From positions 2,688,001 to 2,752,000 of the forward strand of contig CBDETK010000013.1 in the NCBI GenBank assembly GCA_965242865.1: a stretch of DNA of 64,000 nucleotides, in the 5' to 3' direction. Positions within the stretch are counted from its first letter, which is position 1; the number at the start of each line of letters is the position of its first letter. Below the pieces are notes generated by a model. It was not told where the DNA came from. It searched no databases and saw only the letters and a program-made list of their open reading frames with translations. This DNA is from Candidatus Latescibacterota bacterium (GTDB taxonomy: Bacteria > Latescibacterota > UBA2968 > UBA8231). The position numbers were made by a program, and so were the translations under genes. This document shows, one piece after another, positions 59,561 to 64,000 of the stretch.

Positions 59561-61708
59561 ATGGGGCTAGTGCTGGCGGCGTGGCTGCTGTGGGCTGGGT
59601 CGGCTCTGGCCGCGACCCTGAGCGGCTTTGTCACCGATGCCGACCGCGGCCAAGCCCTGCGCTCGGCCACAGTCGCGGTGGAGGGGCTGCCGCTCGAAGC
59701 GGTCAGCAACAACAGCGGCTACTACGCCGTCAAGCAAGTGCCGGCTGGCGCCCACGTGGTGAGCACGGCGCACGCGAGCTACCAGACCCAGCGCGACACC
59801 CTGCGGCTGAACGCCGACGAGGCCGGGCGGCTCGACGTGGTGCTGACGCCCAAGCCGGAGGGCCCGGGCGCAGAGGTCGCGGTGGAGGCCGGGCGCATTC
59901 GCCTCCGCGCCCAGCCGTTGCAGCAAGTACCCGCCCTCGGCGAGGCCGACTTTTTGCGCGGCTTACAACTGCTGCCGGGCGTCCAAGCGACTTCGGACAT
60001 CAGCAGTGCCCTGTACGTGCGCGGCAGCGGCCCCGGCCAGACCGCCACCGTACTCGACCACACCCCCCTGTACAATCCCACGCACCTTTTCGGCCTCTTC
60101 TCGACCTTTAACCCAGACGCCATCGAGGAGGTCGATCTGTACAAGGGGGCTTACCCGGCACAGTACGGCCGGGCACTCGGGGCGGTGTTGGACGCGAGCA
60201 CCCGCGAGGGCAACCGCAAGCGAACGAGCGGCCGCGGCGGCGTCAGCCTGATTTCGGGCCGTTTGCTCGCCGAGGGGCCGGTCGGACGAGGGTCGTGGAT
60301 GCTGGCCGGTCGCCGCACCTACTTAGATGGCGTGTTGAATGCCCTCCGCGCCCGCGGCGAGGACATCCCCCTGAACTATTTCTTCTACGACTTCAATGGC
60401 ACAGTCAATCAGCGGCGCGGCGACGACACCTACGCCGCGAGCGCATACTGGGGCCAAGACGACCTGCGGGTGGATTTTGAAAACGACCGAGAGTCTTTCG
60501 TCGATCTGCGCTGGGGAAACCGCGCCCTGACCGCGCACTGGACGCGCGTTTTTTCGCCGGCCCTGTTCGGGCATTTCACGGCCGCCAGCTCGTCGTACGC
60601 AAGCGTCATCGCGCTCCGTTTTCTCGACGCGCCCGTCCGCATTGCCAACCGCGTCCGCGATGTGTCGCTCAAGGGCGATTTGGATTATTTCGCCAACCGC
60701 AATCACGCGCTTTCTTTGGGCTTTTTGGCCACCCTGTTTGAGTTTCAATTTACCCGCTCGTTCAACGAGCGGACTCAGCTCGACTTGCGCCCCGAGCCGG
60801 TGCTGTTGGAAGGCTACGTGCAGGACGAGTGGCGGCTCGGGCCGGCCACGTGGGTGCGGCTGGGCGGGCGCGGGACGTACTTCAGTGCCGGCAACCGCTG
60901 GCATTTCGCGCCGCGACTGGCCTTGAGCCGGGCGTTGAGCGACAAAATCCGGGTCACGGCCGCCGGCGGGGTATATCGCCAATACCTGCAATTGATCACC
61001 ACCGAAGCCTTCAGCGGCGGCGACTTCTGGGTGCCGTTGGACCGCACGGTCGAGCCGGGGCGATCCTATCAGGCCGTCACCGGCGTCGCGTGGACCCCTT
61101 CGCCGCGCTACCAGCTTTCCGCGGAGGCTTACTACACGGACCTCGCCAATTTGGTGGTGGAGGATACCGAAGTGGCCATTGACAACGAAGACACGCGCTC
61201 AGAAGCTGTGTTCAAAAGCGGCGGCCGGGGCTGGGCGAGTGGGCTGGAGGTGTTGTGGCAGCGGCGCACCGGCGCGCTCACCGGCTGGGTGGGCTACGCG
61301 CTGAGTTGGACGCGGCGGACATTTCCCGAGCTCAATGCCGGCCGGTCCTTTCCCCCCAAGCACGACCGCCGCCACGACCTGTCTTTTGTCGCCTCCTACA
61401 ACGCGGGAACGTGGCGGCTCGGCGCGAGTTGGGTACATGCCACCGGGCAGGCGTTTACGCCTCCTTCCGCGTCCCCTGCTGGGCGCAACAGTGCTCGCCT
61501 GCCGCCCTATCACCGCCTCGATGTCAACACCTGCTGGCCGTTTGAGTTGTGGGGCGCCGACAGCGAATTCTACGTGCAGGTATTCAATGTGTACAGCCGC
61601 CGCAACGAGGGGTTCGTACAGCTCGATTCGGTCGAACCCGAAGTGGAGCCGCAAAAGATCAAACAAGTGCCCATGGTTCCCACGCTGGGCTTTAACTTTG
61701 CTTTTTAG
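59561..61708 (+). CDS. TonB-dependent receptor with N-terminal carboxypeptidase-regulatory-like domain
   Basis: Signal peptide, LLPGV..YVRG plug, YKGAYPA.YG, terminal Phe. Confidence 0.9.
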   Translation: MGLVLAAWLLWAGSALAATLSGFVTDADRGQALRSATVAVEGLPLEAVSNNSGYYAVKQVPAGAHVVSTAHASYQTQRDTLRLNADEAGRLDVVLTPKPEGPGAEVAVEAGRIRLRAQPLQQVPALGEADFLRGLQLLPGVQATSDISSALYVRGSGPGQTATVLDHTPLYNPTHLFGLFSTFNPDAIEEVDLYKGAYPAQYGRALGAVLDASTREGNRKRTSGRGGVSLISGRLLAEGPVGRGSWMLAGRRTYLDGVLNALRARGEDIPLNYFFYDFNGTVNQRRGDDTYAASAYWGQDDLRVDFENDRESFVDLRWGNRALTAHWTRVFSPALFGHFTAASSSYASVIALRFLDAPVRIANRVRDVSLKGDLDYFANRNHALSLGFLATLFEFQFTRSFNERTQLDLRPEPVLLEGYVQDEWRLGPATWVRLGGRGTYFSAGNRWHFAPRLALSRALSDKIRVTAAGGVYRQYLQLITTEAFSGGDFWVPLDRTVEPGRSYQAVTGVAWTPSPRYQLSAEAYYTDLANLVVEDTEVAIDNEDTRSEAVFKSGGRGWASGLEVLWQRRTGALTGWVGYALSWTRRTFPELNAGRSFPPKHDRRHDLSFVASYNAGTWRLGASWVHATGQAFTPPSASPAGRNSARLPPYHRLDVNTCWPFELWGADSEFYVQVFNVYSRRNEGFVQLDSVEPEVEPQKIKQVPMVPTLGFNFAF

Positions 61709-61756
61709 AATTGGGAGGGGTCGGGTCGGCGATTGTGCCGTTAGATCGACCGCTTC

Positions 61757-62608
61757 TCAACGGTTGGCGCTGCGGAAGTAGATGCCCTCTGCCAATACCT
61801 CGGCATGCGCCCGAATGGCCGAGCGGCACTCGGCGAACGCATCCTCCAGCAGCCGGACGTTCTCTGCGGTTAGAATTACCTCCCACTCGTCTTCGGGGAG
61901 CGGCACGAAGAGCAGTCGGTCCAAGTGCTCGGAGTCTTTGAGGTATTGCAGCAGTCTTCTCAGCCCCAAAGAGCGCAATAGGGTGGCCCCTGACGTGGCC
62001 AAGGTGGAGAGGACTAGGTTGCGGTGGCGAACCGATCGATTGGTGATTCGCGTCTCGATGTGCTCCGGGATGGATACGCCACAGCGGAGGCTCAAGTGGC
62101 GGAACACCTGCGCCGGGTTTTCTACGATTGTAGAGAACTCAATCGAGAGCACGTCAACGCCGAGGCGGTGTATATTTTCAAGCTGCTTGGGGGTCAGCCG
62201 GTCGCGCACCACGGACTGCTCCAGCCGGTTTGCCCCCAACCATGCCGAGAGGTGCCCCCGGCTCCTTCTGTACCGGGCCATGGAGCAGGCCCTAGCGCAA
62301 TGCTCTCGCAGCAGGACGACGATCAGGACTCGGACGCCCCGGCCCTTTAGGGCGCTCACCCCAGGGCCAAGCAAACGGTCCCTGTACGCCAAGTTTGAGA
62401 TGTCGGCCAAGATGCGGCCTTCCCCGCCGAGCAGGCGTCCGTGCTCTTTCTCAAACCGCCGCGGCGACTGGTAGTAGCCTGCCTCCTTGATCTCTGGAAA
62501 CGCAAACTGGGGGTGCTGTCTGAGGTTTGCGTAGAGGAAATCGGTCCCGGAGCGGCCCGGGCCGACCACCAACAGATAGTCATAGTTGGGGTGTTGGTCT
62601 TTATTCAC
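61757..62608 (-). CDS. PAPS-dependent sulfotransferase-like protein
   Basis: VVGPGRSGT..L..HPQ....KE. Confidence 0.7.
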   Translation of the reverse strand: MNKDQHPNYDYLLVVGPGRSGTDFLYANLRQHPQFAFPEIKEAGYYQSPRRFEKEHGRLLGGEGRILADISNLAYRDRLLGPGVSALKGRGVRVLIVVLLREHCARACSMARYRRSRGHLSAWLGANRLEQSVVRDRLTPKQLENIHRLGVDVLSIEFSTIVENPAQVFRHLSLRCGVSIPEHIETRITNRSVRHRNLVLSTLATSGATLLRSLGLRRLLQYLKDSEHLDRLLFVPLPEDEWEVILTAENVRLLEDAFAECRSAIRAHAEVLAEGIYFRSANR

Positions 62609-62742
62609 GTTTCATACCGTTTTCGTCGGGTGACGAGCAGGGGGCGGTCCGCCACAGACTCGGTTGTCTGGCGGAGGCAAAGGCCCGGAGATATTTTTAA
62701 GTGCGCCCCGCCCGGTACTTCCGCACTTAGAAACCTTCAAAG

Positions 62743-64000
62743 ATGGGGTTTATACGGTTGAAAGCCAACCCTTTTCATGGATTGCGCCGAATAACTCAAC
62801 AGCTTATCAAGGAAGAAACGCTCATTACCCCGGACACCACCCTGCCGCAACCCAATGCCTCTGGCCGACAGGAAGTAGCAATTCTGTTGGTTTCCCAAGC
62901 ATTGTACATCGCCGTAGGCGTATTGACCAAAAGTCTCCTCGCCTACAGCCTCTTGCCCGAAGGGCTAGGGTCCTACTTCGTCTGCGTCCTCTTTGGGGCC
63001 TTGGCCGGCACCATCGGTACGCTGGCCACCGAGCGCGGGGTCCAGTACTTCGTAGCGGCCAAGCGCATGAGCGTTTCCGAGGGCATGTCCATCGCCTTTG
63101 CCATCTGCCTCATCGGCAGTGCCGTGGTCGCCACGGCTGCGTTGCCATTGATCCACAGCGGTTTCAGCTTCTTTCTCAAAGCCGATAAGCACTCGTTTTA
63201 CCTTGCTCTCCTGTTGGTTCCCTCCTCGTCCCTCATGTTTGCCGCTCGCCTGCAACTGCAGGGACTGCGGCGGTTCACCCAACTTGCGATAATCTCCTTG
63301 ATTCAGGCGGCCGTCGGCGTCGTCTCCATTCTGACGCTGGTGTGGGGATTGGGCCTCGGCGTCAACGGCGCCATTCTGTCGTTGTTCCTAGGGCACCTAG
63401 TGCTAATCGTGGCCGCGGTCGCAGACCTCCGGCGGCATTGCGGGCTCGTCTTAGCGTTCCCCTCGCGGGAGGGGATAAAACGGGTGTTCATTTACGGCCT
63501 CAAGGAGTACGTCGCTAGAATCGGCCAAACCCTAGACCCTCGGGTCGGCAGTCTGCTGCTGGGCATCGTGGCCAGCCGCGCCGACATCGGGCTGTTTACA
63601 GCGAGCAACGCCCTAATAACGCGGGTCCTCATTCTCCCGACCGCAGTCGCCACCTATCTGCTGCCCCGGGTAGCCGGCAACGACAGCGGGCAGCCCGAGC
63701 TAGCTGCTTTTTGCGCCCGCGTCACTTGGTGGACCGTTGGGGGCCTGCTCCTCATCTGGTTCGCCGTCAGCACGCCCTTGGTGCCCTTGCTCCTTTCGGA
63801 ATCCTTTACTCCGGTCGTTCGCCTAACTTGGATAATGTCCATCGGCGTGTTCGCCTATGCTGGTACGGAGATATTCGTGGCGTACTTCCGGGGCGTCAAT
63901 CGCCCCCAAGTCTTCTCCCATGCGATGTGGCTAAGTCTGTCCGCCAACGTCGTCTTGTTCTTTGGCCTGTACCCGGCTTGGGGCCTGACGGGCGCGGCAT
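62743..64000 (+). CDS. Oligosaccharide flippase (partial; start uncertain)
   Basis: Manual translation ...LLAYSLLPEGLGSY...GLGVNGA...DIGLF..., multi-TM; open to the window end so absent from the ORF track. Confidence 0.75.
   Translation, partial: MGFIRLKANPFHGLRRITQQLIKEETLITPDTTLPQPNASGRQEVAILLVSQALYIAVGVLTKSLLAYSLLPEGLGSYFVCVLFGALAGTIGTLATERGVQYFVAAKRMSVSEGMSIAFAICLIGSAVVATAALPLIHSGFSFFLKADKHSFYLALLLVPSSSLMFAARLQLQGLRRFTQLAIISLIQAAVGVVSILTLVWGLGLGVNGAILSLFLGHLVLIVAAVADLRRHCGLVLAFPSREGIKRVFIYGLKEYVARIGQTLDPRVGSLLLGIVASRADIGLFTASNALITRVLILPTAVATYLLPRVAGNDSGQPELAAFCARVTWWTVGGLLLIWFAVSTPLVPLLLSESFTPVVRLTWIMSIGVFAYAGTEIFVAYFRGVNRPQVFSHAMWLSLSANVVLFFGLYPAWGLTGAA

Overview
High-GC bacterial chromosomal window. 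The gene content suggests a Latescibacterota/Gemmatimonadota/Poribacteria-like organism (inference only): several PhyH dioxygenases, a sulfatase, a DUF6785-like transporter and a C-terminal 'SWGQVK' tail. Bases 1-28.6 kb and 47.4-64 kb hold metabolic and envelope genes: moeA, hemA with a ccsA-like gene, an ECF sigma/anti-sigma/Spy module with three matching promoters, two heme-c plus copper-monooxygenase-like lipoproteins, a GH32 cluster, yejABEF, a small type II R-M pair, a TonB-dependent receptor and flippases. The notable feature is a ~18.6 kb defence island (28.6-47.2 kb) with no integrase or transposase. It is bracketed by mosaic copies of an AAA-ATPase/PD-(D/E)XK gene and carries TIR and SLOG-TIR genes, a split type I R-M system, an OLD-like nuclease, DarG, a DUF1828/1829-like gene and an XRE-ImmA/IrrE gene. 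Three patterns stand out. (i) Short duplicated pieces of hsdS and darG show tandem [hsdS-variable cargo-darG] units. (ii) A 43-bp in-frame hsdS repeat could excise a 12.2 kb circle that restores hsdR-hsdM-hsdS. (iii) In most two-part modules the toxin, effector or partner is deleted or absent while the antitoxin or sensor is kept. Other observations: a G10 tract that frameshifts an arylsulfotransferase start, a GTAG-type REP cluster, and strong CCWGG depletion. All family names come from motif recognition by eye; no database search was run.
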